DNA from: Candidatus Bipolaricaulia bacterium
GTDB lineage: Bacteria; Bipolaricaulota; Bipolaricaulia; RBG-16-55-9
Length of the DNA stretch: 64,000 bases
NCBI GenBank assembly: GCA_042219045.1
Contig: JBDGQO010000033.1
Coordinates: forward strand, 57,568 to 121,567
Direction: 5' to 3'
The position numbers and the translations under genes were made by a program. Of the stretch, positions 18,356 to 29,153 are shown in pieces (the stretch's first letter is position 1; the number at the start of each line of letters is the position of its first letter). The notes under the pieces were generated by a model. The model was not told the origin of the DNA and did no database searches. It was given only the letters and a program-made list of their open reading frames with translations.

Positions 18356-19321
18356 TCACGTCGTTTGAACGACGCTCGTTCCGGCCTCGCCATCGAGGCC
18401 GTCGCGCGCCTGCCTCAGCGACGTGATCACGGCCCGTCGGCCGCCGTTTTCCAGGAACCGAACGGCTGCTTTAACCTTCGGCCCCATGCTTCCTGCGGGA
18501 AACTCTCCGTTCTCCAGATAGGCCTTGGCATCGGCCAACGACACTCGATCGAGTTCCGCCTGTTCGGGCGTGCCGTAGCGCACTGCGACCCGTTCCACGT
18601 CGGTCAGGATCATCAGCGTCTCGGCGTCCAGTGAGCTGGCGAGGCGCTCGGTGGCGAGATCCTTGTCGATGACGGCGTCGATGCCCTCTAGTTGCCCATT
18701 CCGGCGAATGACGGGGACGCCACCGCCGCCGCAGGCGATGACGAGTTGATCGTTCGCGACCATCGACGCAATGTTGGCCGCTTCAACGATCTCGAGCGGA
18801 TCTGGCGAGGGAACGACGCGTCGATACGGACGCTCACCCTGACCGACCCTTTCGATGACGTAGCCGGGTTGATTTGCAAACCGTTCCGCTTCGGCCTCGG
18901 TGTAGAACGGCCCGATCGGCTTGCTCGGCCGATCGAAGGCCCCGTCTTCCGGATCGACGACCGCCTGTGTGGTCACCGACGCGACAGGCTGGGAGATGCC
19001 GCGCTCAGCGAGCGTTTGTCGGAGGGCTTGCTGGAAGAGATAGCCGATCTGGCCCTGCGTCATCGCCACACAGACGTCGAGCGGCACGGGCGGCACGTCC
19101 TCCGAACTCAGCTCCTGTTGAAGCAGTAGCGCACCGACCTGCGGGCCGTTGCCGTGCGTGAGCACGACCCGCCGGCCGTCGGCGATGATCTCGGCTATCT
19201 GGGCGGCACTGTCCTGGACTGCGGCTCGTTGCTCCTCCAGGGTGCCGTGTCCTTGGGCCGAGGAGATCGCGTTGCCGCCCAAGGCGATAACGGCCGTGTG
19301 GTGTGCATCTAAGGTTTCCAT
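18356..19321 (-). CDS. arcC: Carbamate kinase
   Basis: IALGGNA, THGNGPQVG, KPIGPFY, RRVVPSP, AVIDKD and GSMGPKV motifs. Confidence 0.95.
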   Translation of the reverse strand: METLDAHHTAVIALGGNAISSAQGHGTLEEQRAAVQDSAAQIAEIIADGRRVVLTHGNGPQVGALLLQQELSSEDVPPVPLDVCVAMTQGQIGYLFQQALRQTLAERGISQPVASVTTQAVVDPEDGAFDRPSKPIGPFYTEAEAERFANQPGYVIERVGQGERPYRRVVPSPDPLEIVEAANIASMVANDQLVIACGGGGVPVIRRNGQLEGIDAVIDKDLATERLASSLDAETLMILTDVERVAVRYGTPEQAELDRVSLADAKAYLENGEFPAGSMGPKVKAAVRFLENGGRRAVITSLRQARDGLDGEAGTSVVQTT

Positions 19322-19334
19322 GGGGGATCGCAGC

Positions 19335-20744
19335 CTAAACCGTATCGACCTTGATTAGATTGGTGGTGCCGGGGACGCCGAAGGGCGCGCCGGCGGTCAG
19401 CACGACGGGCATGTCGGGCGGAATCTGGAAGTGGCGTGCGGCGGTCTCGATGGCGCGACGCAGCATCAGTTCGGTGTTGTCGTGATAGCCGACCACCAAG
19501 GAATAGACCCCCCACACGAGCGCCAGCTTGTTGCGCACGCGCTCCGAATACGTCACGACGACGATCGGGGTGCGCGGCCGAAACTTGGCCACAAGCTTGG
19601 CTGTCGACCCTGACGCCGTCGAGGGGATGATGGCCGCGGCTTCAATCCGTTCGGCGATCTCGCAAGCCGATTCCCCAATCGCCTCTGTGACCGAGGCTTG
19701 GCTCCCTTTCAGACGATGGTAGACTTCCTCGTCGCGCTCGATGCGCTCGGCGACGTTGGTCATCACCTCGATCGTCGCTATCGGATAGTCGCCGATGGCT
19801 GTTTCCTCGCTGAGCATGATGGCATCAGTGCCGTCCATAATGGCGTTGGCGACGTCAGCAACCTCCGCGCGGGTGGGCGTCGGGGCGTCGGTCATCGACT
19901 TGAGCATTTGGGTGGCAATGATGACCGGCTTGCCTGCGTCGTTGCATTTGGTGACGATCTGCTTCTGCGCGAGCGGAACCTCCTCATACGGCAGCTCCAC
20001 GCCGAGGTCGCCGCGGGCGACCATGATGCCATCGGCCGCGTCGATGATCTCGTCAATGTGTTGGTACGCCTTCGGCGTCTCGATCTTCGCAATGACGCCG
20101 ATGGGCGCGTCGCCGATGACTTCGCGAACTTGATGAATATCGGCGGCGCGCTGCACGAACGACACCGCGAGCCAATCCACGTCGAGATCAACGGCAAAAC
20201 GGAGGTCCGCGTCGTCGTGCGCGTCCATGGGGATGTCGACGTCGGGCACGCTGATCCGCTTCCGCTCAGCGAGCACGCCGTCGTTCTGCACTTCGCAAAT
20301 GACGTCGCCGTCGATGACCTCGTCCACGGTCATCACGATCTCGCCGCCGGCCAGCATCACTTCCATGCCCGGCTTGACGTAGTCAGCAAAGTCGTCGCGG
20401 TCCACGTAGACGCGGTTCTCGTCGCCGATGATCGACTCGTTCGTAAGCGTGAACGTCTGCCCGGCCTGCAGCGCGACGTGTTCGCCCTTGAGCGTTCCGG
20501 TGCGAATGCCTTCGCCCGGCGCGTCGGCCATGACGGCCAGCGGGGTCTCGAGGTTCGTGGCCACCTGCCGGACGCCTTCGAGCATCTGGCGATGGGTATC
20601 GGCATCCCCGTGGGCCAGGTTGAGCCGCACGACGTTCATGCCCGCGCGGATCATCTCCCCGATCGTGGAGGCGTCGTGGGACGCTGGCCCGAGCGTGGCG
20701 ACGATCTTGGTTTTTTTCAGCGAGTGGTCCATGTACGCGGTCAT
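19335..20744 (-). CDS. pyk: Pyruvate kinase
   Basis: TKIVATLGPAS, IAKIE, MVARGDLGVE, ATQML and PTRAEVADVANA motifs. Confidence 0.96.
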   Translation of the reverse strand: MTAYMDHSLKKTKIVATLGPASHDASTIGEMIRAGMNVVRLNLAHGDADTHRQMLEGVRQVATNLETPLAVMADAPGEGIRTGTLKGEHVALQAGQTFTLTNESIIGDENRVYVDRDDFADYVKPGMEVMLAGGEIVMTVDEVIDGDVICEVQNDGVLAERKRISVPDVDIPMDAHDDADLRFAVDLDVDWLAVSFVQRAADIHQVREVIGDAPIGVIAKIETPKAYQHIDEIIDAADGIMVARGDLGVELPYEEVPLAQKQIVTKCNDAGKPVIIATQMLKSMTDAPTPTRAEVADVANAIMDGTDAIMLSEETAIGDYPIATIEVMTNVAERIERDEEVYHRLKGSQASVTEAIGESACEIAERIEAAAIIPSTASGSTAKLVAKFRPRTPIVVVTYSERVRNKLALVWGVYSLVVGYHDNTELMLRRAIETAARHFQIPPDMPVVLTAGAPFGVPGTTNLIKVDTV

Positions 20745-21013
20745 CGCCCCATTTGTGGAATGACCTGCCGAACGGACGTTCGGTAGGTTGCCGTTCGGGT
20801 TCGCTCCGTATGTTGGGAAAGCCTAGTGTATCAGCTCGCCCGCGGTGCGCCAACAAGCCGCGCATCGGGGCTTAACGCCGCACCGCAGGGCATGATATAG
20901 ATCATAGCGGCGCTTGCGACCGATACCTACGATGCCGTATCGTGTCGGCCAATCGTTCACGCAAAGCATCAACAAGACGGCCCTGACCCTCAACATGCAC
21001 AAGGAATGAAACC

Positions 21014-21415
21014 GTGGCTGAGCGACCAACCATCAAGACCAAAGGACCCCGAACCGGCTTGTCGCTTTGGGAGGCCCTGCGATACCGCGGCGGCGCCGGC
21101 CAATGGGCCTGGATCCTCCATCGCGTCACCGGGCTTGGCGTCCTGTTTTTCCTGATACTGCACATCCTCGACATCTACATGGCCGCGTTCGGTCCGGCCG
21201 TGTTCAACAAGCTGTTGTTCATCTACCACAGCGTCGTGTTCAAGCCCCTGATCATCCTGCTCATCTTCGGGGTCATCTACCATGCGCTCAACGGCCTGCG
21301 GCTCGTGATGTTCGACCTGTGGCCCAAGTCGGCGCTGGCGCAGCGCGAGATGTGGTACGGCGCGATGGCGATCAGCGTAGGCGTGGCGCTCGTTTCGATC
21401 GTCGTGATGATCTAG
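21014..21415 (+). CDS. sdhC: Succinate dehydrogenase cytochrome b subunit
   Basis: LHRVTG and HALNGLR heme motifs; three TM helices; operon position. Confidence 0.9.
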   Translation: MAERPTIKTKGPRTGLSLWEALRYRGGAGQWAWILHRVTGLGVLFFLILHILDIYMAAFGPAVFNKLLFIYHSVVFKPLIILLIFGVIYHALNGLRLVMFDLWPKSALAQREMWYGAMAISVGVALVSIVVMI

Positions 21416-21433
21416 AGGAGGCGTTCGCACCTT

Positions 21434-21847
21434 ATGGCTATTCCCCCGTCGCGCGCCCACGCCGGCAGCAACTTCGAGCGCTGGTCCTGGTACTTCATGC
21501 GCGTTTCCGGCGTGGTGCTGTTGTTTATCGCCGTGTTCCATCTGCTCTGGATGCATTGGGTGATCGGCCTGGAAAACATCAAATTCGAGACGATCGTGGT
21601 CCGCTGGACGGGGTCATTTGGGCCGTTCTGGCGCGTCTATGACCTGTTGCTGTTGACGTTCGCGTTGACCCACGGCATGAACGGGTTACGTTGGGTCATC
21701 GACGATTATGTCCATGGCCGTGGCGCCAACACGATCTTGAAGGCCGCGTTCGGCATACTGTTCGTTGTCCTGATCGTGATCGGCGCCTACGTCATCTTCA
21801 CGTTCAGCGCGCCGCCTGAGATATCGCTAAAGGGGATGGGCGTATGA
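21434..21847 (+). CDS. sdhD: Succinate dehydrogenase membrane anchor
   Basis: WYFMRVSG and [13 protein letters not shown] motifs. Confidence 0.9.
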   Translation: MAIPPSRAHAGSNFERWSWYFMRVSGVVLLFIAVFHLLWMHWVIGLENIKFETIVVRWTGSFGPFWRVYDLLLLTFALTHGMNGLRWVIDDYVHGRGANTILKAAFGILFVVLIVIGAYVIFTFSAPPEISLKGMGV

Positions 21848-23616
21848 TCCATCGACACCATCATGACGTGATTATCGTCGGCGCGGGCGGCGCAGGGCTC
21901 ATGGCGGCGCTCCATGCCTCAAGGGGCGCCGACACGGCCGTGCTGAGCAAGCTTTACCCGACGCGCTCGCATACGGGCGCCGCCCAAGGCGGCATTGGGG
22001 CTGCCTTGGGCAATCTCGAGGAAGACCGTCCCGAGTGGCACACCTACGACACCATCAAGGGCAGCGACTATCTGGCCGATCAGGACGCCGTGGAGCTGAT
22101 GTGCCGCGAGGCGCCGGAGACGATCATCGAGCTTGAGCACCTCGGACTGCCCTTTGATCGCACCGATGAGGGACGCATTTCCCAACGACGCTTCGGCGGC
22201 CACACCAACAACGATACGCAACAGCCCGTACGTCGGGCCTGTCACGCCGCGGATCGAACCGGCCACATGATCCTGCAGACGCTTTATCAGCAGTGCATCA
22301 AGAACGAGGTCAACTTCTTTGACGAGTTTCAAGTGATCGATCTCTTGATCAACGAGGGGCGCGTGGCCGGCATCGTGGCCTATGACATCGACGCCGGCGA
22401 ATACCACATCTTCCAGGCGAAGAGCGTGCTCTTTGCAACGGGCGGTTGGGGGCGACTCTGGTCGGTCTCCAGCAACGCCGTGACGCTGAGCGGCGACGGG
22501 GCCGCGGTCGTCTACAAGCGCGGTATCCCCTTGGAGGACATGGAGTTCTATCAGTTCCATCCGACGGGCATCTATCGCATGGGGATCCTGATCACCGAGG
22601 GCGTCCGGGGCGAGGGCGGCGTGCTCATCAACGACGAGGGCGAACGGTTCATGGATCGTTACGCGCCGACGATCAAGGATCTGGCCTCGCGCGACGTGGT
22701 CTCTCGCGCCATCTACCTCGAAATCCAAGACGGGCGCGGCATCAACGGGGAGGACTACGTCTATTTGGATGTGCGGCCCGAGACCGTCAATCGCTATCTG
22801 CCTGACGACCGCGAGCGGGTTACGGCGAAGCACTTGGAGCAGCGCCTGCCCGACATCCTCGACTTCTGCGAGACGTATCTCGGCATCGATCCCACGAAGG
22901 AACCGATCCCCATCCAGCCGACCGCGCACTACGCCATGGGCGGCATTCCGACCAACGCCAACGGCGAAGTCGTGATCGACGCCGACAACACCCCCATGCC
23001 CGGGCTGTTCGCTGCGGGCGAAACGGCGTGCGTGTCGGTCCACGGGGCCAATCGGCTCGGCACGAACAGCCTGTTGGATCTCGTCGTCTTCGGCAAACTG
23101 GCCGGCCAGCGGGCCGCCCAGCACGCGGGCGACGTTGACTGGGCCGATCTGCCGGAAGACAAGGCCCAAGGGGCGATCGAGGCGTTCGACGCCCTGAGAT
23201 GTTCGAGCGGCTCAGAAAACCCCTTCGAGATTCGCGACGAGCTGCAGAAGACGATGATGACCAACGTCGGCGTCTTCCGCACCGACAAGCTCATGGCCGA
23301 GGCGCGCGAGCAGTTGCTCGAGTTGCGCGAGCGCTTCAAGAATGTCGGCTTGGGCGACCATGGGAAACGCTTCAACCAGGACTTACTGGAGACCTGGGAG
23401 ATCGGCAACATGATCGAGCTGAGTCTCGTGACGACCGAGAGCGCCCTGGCACGCACGGAAAGCCGCGGCGCCCACTCGCGCGAGGACCATGCCGAGCGCG
23501 ACGACGACAACTGGCTCTACCACACGTTGGCATTCCGAACCGAGGACGGCACGGCCCAGCTTGACCACAAGCCGGTGGTGATCACAAACTATCAGCCGAA
23601 AGAGCGCGTTTACTGA
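21844..23616 (+). CDS. sdhA: Succinate dehydrogenase flavoprotein subunit
   Basis: [22 protein letters not shown] and [11 protein letters not shown] motifs. Confidence 0.97.
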   Translation: MIHRHHHDVIIVGAGGAGLMAALHASRGADTAVLSKLYPTRSHTGAAQGGIGAALGNLEEDRPEWHTYDTIKGSDYLADQDAVELMCREAPETIIELEHLGLPFDRTDEGRISQRRFGGHTNNDTQQPVRRACHAADRTGHMILQTLYQQCIKNEVNFFDEFQVIDLLINEGRVAGIVAYDIDAGEYHIFQAKSVLFATGGWGRLWSVSSNAVTLSGDGAAVVYKRGIPLEDMEFYQFHPTGIYRMGILITEGVRGEGGVLINDEGERFMDRYAPTIKDLASRDVVSRAIYLEIQDGRGINGEDYVYLDVRPETVNRYLPDDRERVTAKHLEQRLPDILDFCETYLGIDPTKEPIPIQPTAHYAMGGIPTNANGEVVIDADNTPMPGLFAAGETACVSVHGANRLGTNSLLDLVVFGKLAGQRAAQHAGDVDWADLPEDKAQGAIEAFDALRCSSGSENPFEIRDELQKTMMTNVGVFRTDKLMAEAREQLLELRERFKNVGLGDHGKRFNQDLLETWEIGNMIELSLVTTESALARTESRGAHSREDHAERDDDNWLYHTLAFRTEDGTAQLDHKPVVITNYQPKERVY

Positions 23617-23633
23617 TTGGGTGACCCCTCTGC

Positions 23634-24347
23634 ATGAACACGCGAACGCTCAAGATCCTGCGCTACAATCCCGAAGCCGACGACAAGCCTTACTGGGGCG
23701 AGTTCGAGTTGGACGTCGAGCCGACGGATCGATTGCTCGACACCCTCAATCAGATCAAGTGGTACCACGACGGCACGCTCGGCGTGCGCCGCTCCTGCCA
23801 GCACGGCATCTGCGGCTCCGACGCCATGGTGGTCAACGGCCAGAACATGCTCGCCTGCAAGGTGCTCATGCGCGACCTCAAGGATCCCGTCTCGGTCGCG
23901 CCGATGCGGGCGTTCAGCGTGATCAAGGACCTCATCGTTGACATGGAGCCGTTCTTTGAAAAGTATCGGGCGATGATGCCGTATCTGGTCAACGAGGATC
24001 GGCCGCCGGCCCACGAGCGGCTCCAGTCGCAAGAGGACCGCGACTGCATCGACGACTCCACCAAGTGCATCCTTTGCGGCGCGTGCACGACGGCCTGTCC
24101 CTCGTTCTGGGCCAACGAGGACTACGTCGGCCCGGCGGCCATCGTGCAGGCGCATCGCTTCATCTTCGACAGCCGCGATCAAGCCTGGAAGCAGCGGCTC
24201 GACCTGCTCAACGATCGCGATGGCGTTTGGAGCTGCCGCAACATCTTCAACTGCACCGATGCCTGCCCGCGCGGCATTAAGGTCACCAAGGCGATATCGG
24301 AAGTGCGTCAGGCGATGGTGTCCGAGTCGCGCGACGTCGGCGACTGA
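23634..24347 (+). CDS. sdhB: Succinate dehydrogenase iron-sulfur subunit
   Basis: SCQHGICGSD, CILCGACTTACP and CRNIFNCTDACP cluster motifs. Confidence 0.97.
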   Translation: MNTRTLKILRYNPEADDKPYWGEFELDVEPTDRLLDTLNQIKWYHDGTLGVRRSCQHGICGSDAMVVNGQNMLACKVLMRDLKDPVSVAPMRAFSVIKDLIVDMEPFFEKYRAMMPYLVNEDRPPAHERLQSQEDRDCIDDSTKCILCGACTTACPSFWANEDYVGPAAIVQAHRFIFDSRDQAWKQRLDLLNDRDGVWSCRNIFNCTDACPRGIKVTKAISEVRQAMVSESRDVGD

Positions 24348-24423
24348 ATGCCCCCGTTCGCGCCATGCGGCGACATTCGGGCGATGACATCGCTCGGGAC
24401 CCCGGTCGGCCGTCCGGAAGGCA

Positions 24424-25155
24424 TCAACGCTTCACACCGCGATAGAGGACCGCAATGCCCATGGACAGCCGTTCGTAGGCGGCCTCGGTCAGCCCAGCGT
24501 CGCGCATCATGCCGGAAATGGCTTCGGGCGAGGGGAACGCGCGAATCGTGCGATCGAGGTAGGAATAGGCCGCTCGGTCACCCGTGATCCACCCACCGAG
24601 GCGCGGAAGCACGTAACGCAGATAGGGAAAATAGAAGGCCCGGACGAGCGGAGAGGGCGGCGTCGCGAACTCCAGGATGAGCAGTCGGCCGCCCGGGCGC
24701 AACACTCGACTCATCTCCGCAATGCCTGCCCGATGATCGGCCAGGTTCCGCAAGCCAAACGCCATGCTGGCGACGTCGGCACAGGAGTCGGCGATCGGCA
24801 ACCGGAGCGCGTCCCCTTCCAAGAGCATCGACGCGGACGTGCGCTGGCGAAGCTTCGTTTGGCCGACCTCGAGCATGGGCCGAGCGAAGTCGGCCCCGTA
24901 AACCGTCAGCGTCGGGTCGGCGTGCGCGAAGTCCCGTGCCAGCTCGGCGGTTCCCGTGCAGACGTCGAGGATGACGTCGTTCGTTTGGGGGGTGGCCCGT
25001 TGGATGAGGCGTTGCCGCCAGCCCACGTCGCGCCCCAGGCTCAGCACGCGGTTGGCCCGATCGTAGCGATGCGCGATCCGCGAAAACATCCGGGAGACAT
25101 CGGACGCTTCGGGCGCTTCGGGCGGAGACGCGGGCGTCGAGTCGGCGGTTGCCAT
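24424..25155 (-). CDS. menG: Demethylmenaquinone methyltransferase (UbiE/MenG)
   Basis: MFSRIAHRYDRANRVLS, LDVCTGT, AFGLRN and RVLRPGG motifs. Confidence 0.9.
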   Translation of the reverse strand: MATADSTPASPPEAPEASDVSRMFSRIAHRYDRANRVLSLGRDVGWRQRLIQRATPQTNDVILDVCTGTAELARDFAHADPTLTVYGADFARPMLEVGQTKLRQRTSASMLLEGDALRLPIADSCADVASMAFGLRNLADHRAGIAEMSRVLRPGGRLLILEFATPPSPLVRAFYFPYLRYVLPRLGGWITGDRAAYSYLDRTIRAFPSPEAISGMMRDAGLTEAAYERLSMGIAVLYRGVKR

Positions 25156-25174
25156 GGGCGGCGGGCGGTGTGGG

Positions 25175-25597
25175 TCAGAGATCGGCGGTCAAGCCGACGA
25201 TGTCGACGTTCACCTCGTCGACCTCGGCGCCGGCCAATTCCTCCAGCTTGCGCTTGACCATCTGAATGGCGCTTTCCGCGGACTTGTGAATCGGCATGCC
25301 GTACTGCGCGACCAGTGACAGGCGCAGCTTCAGGCGCTTGCCCGGCTCACCGGCGATGGTTTCGTCGTCTTCGTCCTCATCGTCCGTCTGGTCGACCTCG
25401 TCGGGCGCCAACTCGATCTGGATGCCGTCGCCCTGTTGCGCTCGCGACAGCGACGTCCAGAGGCCGCCGCCCTTGACACGGTCCGGCGTAAACAGCCCGT
25501 CAACCTCCAGAAGCGCGCCGTAGACGATCATCTCCAGCGCCCGTTCTTCGATGAACAGTTCGCCCAGTTCGCTTTCCGTCGGTTCGACCTCGTTCAT
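25175..25597 (-). CDS. Asp23/Gls24-family protein
   Basis: GELFIEERAL...YGMPI...VDEVNVDIVG pattern; acidic insertion. Confidence 0.75.
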   Translation of the reverse strand: MNEVEPTESELGELFIEERALEMIVYGALLEVDGLFTPDRVKGGGLWTSLSRAQQGDGIQIELAPDEVDQTDDEDEDDETIAGEPGKRLKLRLSLVAQYGMPIHKSAESAIQMVKRKLEELAGAEVDEVNVDIVGLTADL

Positions 25598-25624
25598 GGC
25601 GGTCCCCCTTACGTTGGTTTGCAA

Positions 25625-26476
25625 CTACGCCTGGCGCGTGGCCAGTTCGGTCGTCATCTCCCGCAGTCGATCCGCCTCGTTGCCGAAACTTGCCAGGGCC
25701 TGGGTGGCGGCATCGGTCTCGCGGCGGATCCGCTCCCGGGCGGCATCGCGGCCCATGAACCTCGACAGCCGGGCCGAGCCGTCCGCCTCGTCCCAATCGA
25801 GCACGTCGTCCACGAGCTGATACGACAGTCCCAAATGCGTGCCGAACGCGCCCAGCTCGTCCAAGGCCTTGCCATCCAGCCCCGCCAACGTGCCGCCTGC
25901 CACGAGGGCCGCCCGGATCAGCCGGGCCGTCTTGCGGGCGTGCACCTCGTGCCAGGGCTCGCCGTTGGACGTCGACGGCGGCGACTCCAACAGATCCAGA
26001 TACTGGCCGCCCGCCAGGCCGTTGACCCCGAGCGTCTCGGCAAAGAGCGCGACGACGTTGATGAGACGTTCCGCGCCCGCGTAGGCCCGCTGTTCGCGGC
26101 TGATCAACTCAAAGCCGAGCGGCAAGAGCGAATCTCCGACGAGGATCGCGTTGGCTTCCCCGTGCTCGACGTGGACGGTCGGCTGGCCGCGCCGCTCGGC
26201 GTCGTCGTCCATCGCGGGGAGGTCGTCGTGCACGAGCGAGTAGGCATGGAAACACTCGATCGCGGCGGCGGTCGGCAGGGCATGTTGAGGGGCCAAGCCG
26301 CCCAGTTCGGCCGCCTCCATGACCAGGATTGCCCGCACTCGCTTGCCGCCCCGAAGCGCGTATAACATGGCCTCTTGGAGCGTAGCAATGGGGGAGCTGT
26401 CGCGCTCGGCTAGCCCCCGTTCCAGGAAGTCGTTCACCCAGGTGCGCCGCTCGGCAAAGTGGGCCTCCAAATCCAT
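25625..26476 (-). CDS. ispA: Polyprenyl diphosphate synthase (IspA-like)
   Basis: GGKRVR, SLVHDDLPAMDDD..RRG, GQYLD, KTA and QLVDD motifs. Confidence 0.88.
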   Translation of the reverse strand: MDLEAHFAERRTWVNDFLERGLAERDSSPIATLQEAMLYALRGGKRVRAILVMEAAELGGLAPQHALPTAAAIECFHAYSLVHDDLPAMDDDAERRGQPTVHVEHGEANAILVGDSLLPLGFELISREQRAYAGAERLINVVALFAETLGVNGLAGGQYLDLLESPPSTSNGEPWHEVHARKTARLIRAALVAGGTLAGLDGKALDELGAFGTHLGLSYQLVDDVLDWDEADGSARLSRFMGRDAARERIRRETDAATQALASFGNEADRLREMTTELATRQA

Positions 26477-26557
26477 AACTGCCCCAAGTATACGCGCTGA
26501 TCCGCCGGACGCACAACGGGCTTGTGGCTTCGGAAACGGGCGTGTAGACTGACGCTC

Positions 26558-27016
26558 ATGCGGTTGGTCATCCAACGGGTGAGCGAGGCGCGCGTCGACG
26601 TTGACGGCACAACGGTGGGCCAGATCGGCCCAGGGCTGCTCGTGCTCGTGGGAGCTCACGCCGACGACGAGCCCGCCAGCGCGGATCATCTCGCCAAGAA
26701 GACCGCCAAACTTCGTATCTTCCCCGATGATAAAGGGAGAATGAACCGATCCGTTGTTGACATTGGCGGCGGCGTGCTGGCCGTTTCGCAGTTCACGCTC
26801 TACGGCGACACGCGCAAGGGGAATCGACCAAGCTTTACGGACGCCGCCCCTCCCGAGCAGGCCGAGCCGCTTCTGGAACGCTATGTGGCCGCGCTGCGCG
26901 AGCAGGTGGCCGAGGTGGAAACGGGCCAGTTCGGCGCCATGATGGACGTCGGTCTGGTCAACGATGGGCCCGTGACGCTCGTGTTGGATCACCCCGAGGG
27001 CCCCGCAACGCGCTAG
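26558..27016 (+). CDS. dtd: D-aminoacyl-tRNA deacylase
   Basis: [20 protein letters not shown] and NDGPVT motifs. Confidence 0.96.
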   Translation: MRLVIQRVSEARVDVDGTTVGQIGPGLLVLVGAHADDEPASADHLAKKTAKLRIFPDDKGRMNRSVVDIGGGVLAVSQFTLYGDTRKGNRPSFTDAAPPEQAEPLLERYVAALREQVAEVETGQFGAMMDVGLVNDGPVTLVLDHPEGPATR

Positions 27017-27073
27017 TTGCAGGCGGCCGAGCCGCCAAGTAGAATACGCCACCCGAAAGGAAGGAGCCGTGTC

Positions 27074-27259
27074 ATGGGCGTTCCCAAGTATCGCACCTCA
27101 CGATCAACCAAGCGGAAGCGAAACACCCATCGGAAAATGGCGCGGGCGGCCATCACTGAGTGTCCGCGTTGCCACGAGCCGAAGTTGCCACACCGCGTCT
27201 GCTCGAACTGCGGTACCTATCGCGGCGTCGACGTCCTCCAGCTCGAGGACGAGGAGTAG
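27074..27259 (+). CDS. rpmF: 50S ribosomal protein L32
   Basis: MGVPKYRTS...CPRC..KLPHRVCSNCGTY; AAGGAG SD. Confidence 0.95.
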   Translation: MGVPKYRTSRSTKRKRNTHRKMARAAITECPRCHEPKLPHRVCSNCGTYRGVDVLQLEDEE

Positions 27260-27263
27260 GCCG

Positions 27264-27371
27264 ATGGAGTGGATCCTGCATCCGCCCGGGGCACACGGTG
27301 GCTACTTGGCGGTGGTCCTGTTGCTCGGGTCCATCATCTACATGGGCTATGCCTTCATTCGTTACCGTTAG
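27264..27371 (+). CDS. 35-aa single-pass membrane microprotein
   Basis: GAGGAG SD at the rpmF end; MEWILHPPGAHGGYLAVVLLLGSIIYMGYAFIRYR*. Confidence 0.55.
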   Translation: MEWILHPPGAHGGYLAVVLLLGSIIYMGYAFIRYR

Positions 27372-27400
27372 CGCCCCCTCCCGACTTAACTGATCGGTCC

Positions 27401-28198
27401 ATGACCGATTCCCTCCCCGAATACTTCGACTTTGCCGCTGAGACGGCGTACTTGGCCGGATGTGTCACGCTCGAACACTTCCAGACGGACATTGACGTCG
27501 AGCGCAAAGCCGATCGGACGCCGGTTACGGCTGCAGATCGCGACGCCGAACGCCTGATTCGTTCCCGTATCGAAACGGCCTATCCCGACCACGCCATCCT
27601 CGGTGAGGAGTTCGGGACCAGTGGTCCCAATGACGCGGCGCACCGCTGGTACATCGACCCCATCGACGGCACCAAGGCGTTCGTGGGTGGCGTTCCGTCG
27701 TACGCCGTGTTGATCGGCTTGGAGATCGAGGGCCGCGTCGACGTCGGCGCGGCATGTTTTCCCGGCCTCGATGAGTTGGTCGTGGCCGCTACGGGCCAGG
27801 GGTGCTGGTGGAACGGCACACCGACCCGAGTTCCAGCGACGCCATGGCTGTCGGAAGGGACTGTGGCGTTCACGGACGTCAACACGTTCGTCGAGTTCGG
27901 CCGCGCTGAGGCGTGGGAGCGCTTGAAACGGACGGCCTACCACCGAGCGGGCTGGGGCGACGCCTACGGCCACTGCCTCGTCGCCACGGGCCGAGCCGAG
28001 CTGATGGTTGATCCGGTCATGAGCCCGTGGGACGCGGGGCCTTTGCCCGTTATACTCCGTGAGGCTGGCGGCTACTTCGGCGACTGGCAAGGCCACGAGA
28101 CGATCCACGCTGGCGAAGGCCTCTCCACCACGCAGACGCTCCTGCCGGAAATTTTGGCCCTAATCCGCGGGGACGACTCACACGACCCATCACGCTGA
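27401..28198 (+). CDS. Inositol monophosphatase family protein, histidinol-phosphatase (HisN)-like
   Basis: TPVTAADR, GEEFG, WYIDPIDGTKAF, GWGDAYG and PWD motifs. Confidence 0.85.
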   Translation: MTDSLPEYFDFAAETAYLAGCVTLEHFQTDIDVERKADRTPVTAADRDAERLIRSRIETAYPDHAILGEEFGTSGPNDAAHRWYIDPIDGTKAFVGGVPSYAVLIGLEIEGRVDVGAACFPGLDELVVAATGQGCWWNGTPTRVPATPWLSEGTVAFTDVNTFVEFGRAEAWERLKRTAYHRAGWGDAYGHCLVATGRAELMVDPVMSPWDAGPLPVILREAGGYFGDWQGHETIHAGEGLSTTQTLLPEILALIRGDDSHDPSR

Positions 28199-28353
28199 GG
28201 GATTTGGTGCCGGGCCCCCGGATCGGCCTGAATGCCTGTCCGATCCCTGCCACATGCCCTATCAGGGGCTTAGGGGCTATCGGACATCTTCTCGAAATGC
28301 TTTCAAATCATATCCAGATAAAATTCGCATTTGGCTTAAATTGTAATCGTCAG

Positions 28354-29010
28354 TCAATCGTTCTGATCGAGGTAGGCTTGAATTCCATCGATGATGGACT
28401 TGGCTATTTGGGATTGGTACCAGAGCGTCTGGAGCCGCTGGGCTTCGGTCGGGTTGGTGAGGAATCCCGTTTCGACGATGATCGCGGGCACGTCGGCCCA
28501 TCGGAGGTAGAGCCGCTGCTCGCGCACGCCTCGGTGTTCGGCAAAACCGCTCAATTGGCTTGCCATCGTCCCCTCCATTTGGCGAGCAAAGCGTCGACTT
28601 GATCGGTAGTTCGACTCGGATGGCGTGTCGTGCACGAGCGTCTCGATGCCTTCGGCATTTGCGTTACGGTACGCGTTGGCGTGAATACTGACGTAGAGTT
28701 CGGCATTTACTTGGTGTGCAAGATCGATCCGATCCCGCAGTGACATGGTCTTGTCTGACCGACGAGTGAGCACGACGCGCAGGTTGGCTTCGCTATAAGC
28801 CATGATTTCCACCAGGCGGGTAATTTCAAGGTTGACCTGCTTTTCGGTAACGCCGTTCCAGCCGATTGCGCCGGGATCGGCCCCCCCGTGACCGGCGTCG
28901 ATCACGACGGTCGTCGGGGTAGGGGGAGAGGCCTCGCTGGCGCCGACGATAACGAATGCGGTAATGATCGACAGAAGCGTGAGGGCAAGGAGTGCCCAAC
29001 CTGGCCTCAT
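28354..29010 (-). CDS. N-acetylmuramoyl-L-alanine amidase (Amidase_3)
   Basis: Signal peptide; IDAGHGGADPGA, EK, SIHANA and VETGFLTN motifs. Confidence 0.92.
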   Translation of the reverse strand: MRPGWALLALTLLSIITAFVIVGASEASPPTPTTVVIDAGHGGADPGAIGWNGVTEKQVNLEITRLVEIMAYSEANLRVVLTRRSDKTMSLRDRIDLAHQVNAELYVSIHANAYRNANAEGIETLVHDTPSESNYRSSRRFARQMEGTMASQLSGFAEHRGVREQRLYLRWADVPAIIVETGFLTNPTEAQRLQTLWYQSQIAKSIIDGIQAYLDQND

Positions 29011-29153
29011 GCACGGCCTCCTTTGTGCGCTGGGGTGCTGATCCGGATCATAAGAGCGACGGACGAGACGGAACTATGATGTGAATTACGCCCGCGGATC
29101 TCGCATCATCCCATTGACGGGTTCACCCCGCGTGCTTACAATCGAACCACACC

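Noticed and set aside
25625..27052. Long N-terminal extensions in the ORF track (ispA, also holB, cimA, wecA-like, acyl-CoA dehydrogenase, tsaC)
   Set aside because: The extensions overlap neighbouring genes and lack similarity; downstream starts have SD or -10 support.
28199..28353. AT-rich spacer between the convergent hisN-like and amidase genes
   Set aside because: No convincing ORF, repeat or recognisable RNA fold; only a local composition dip.
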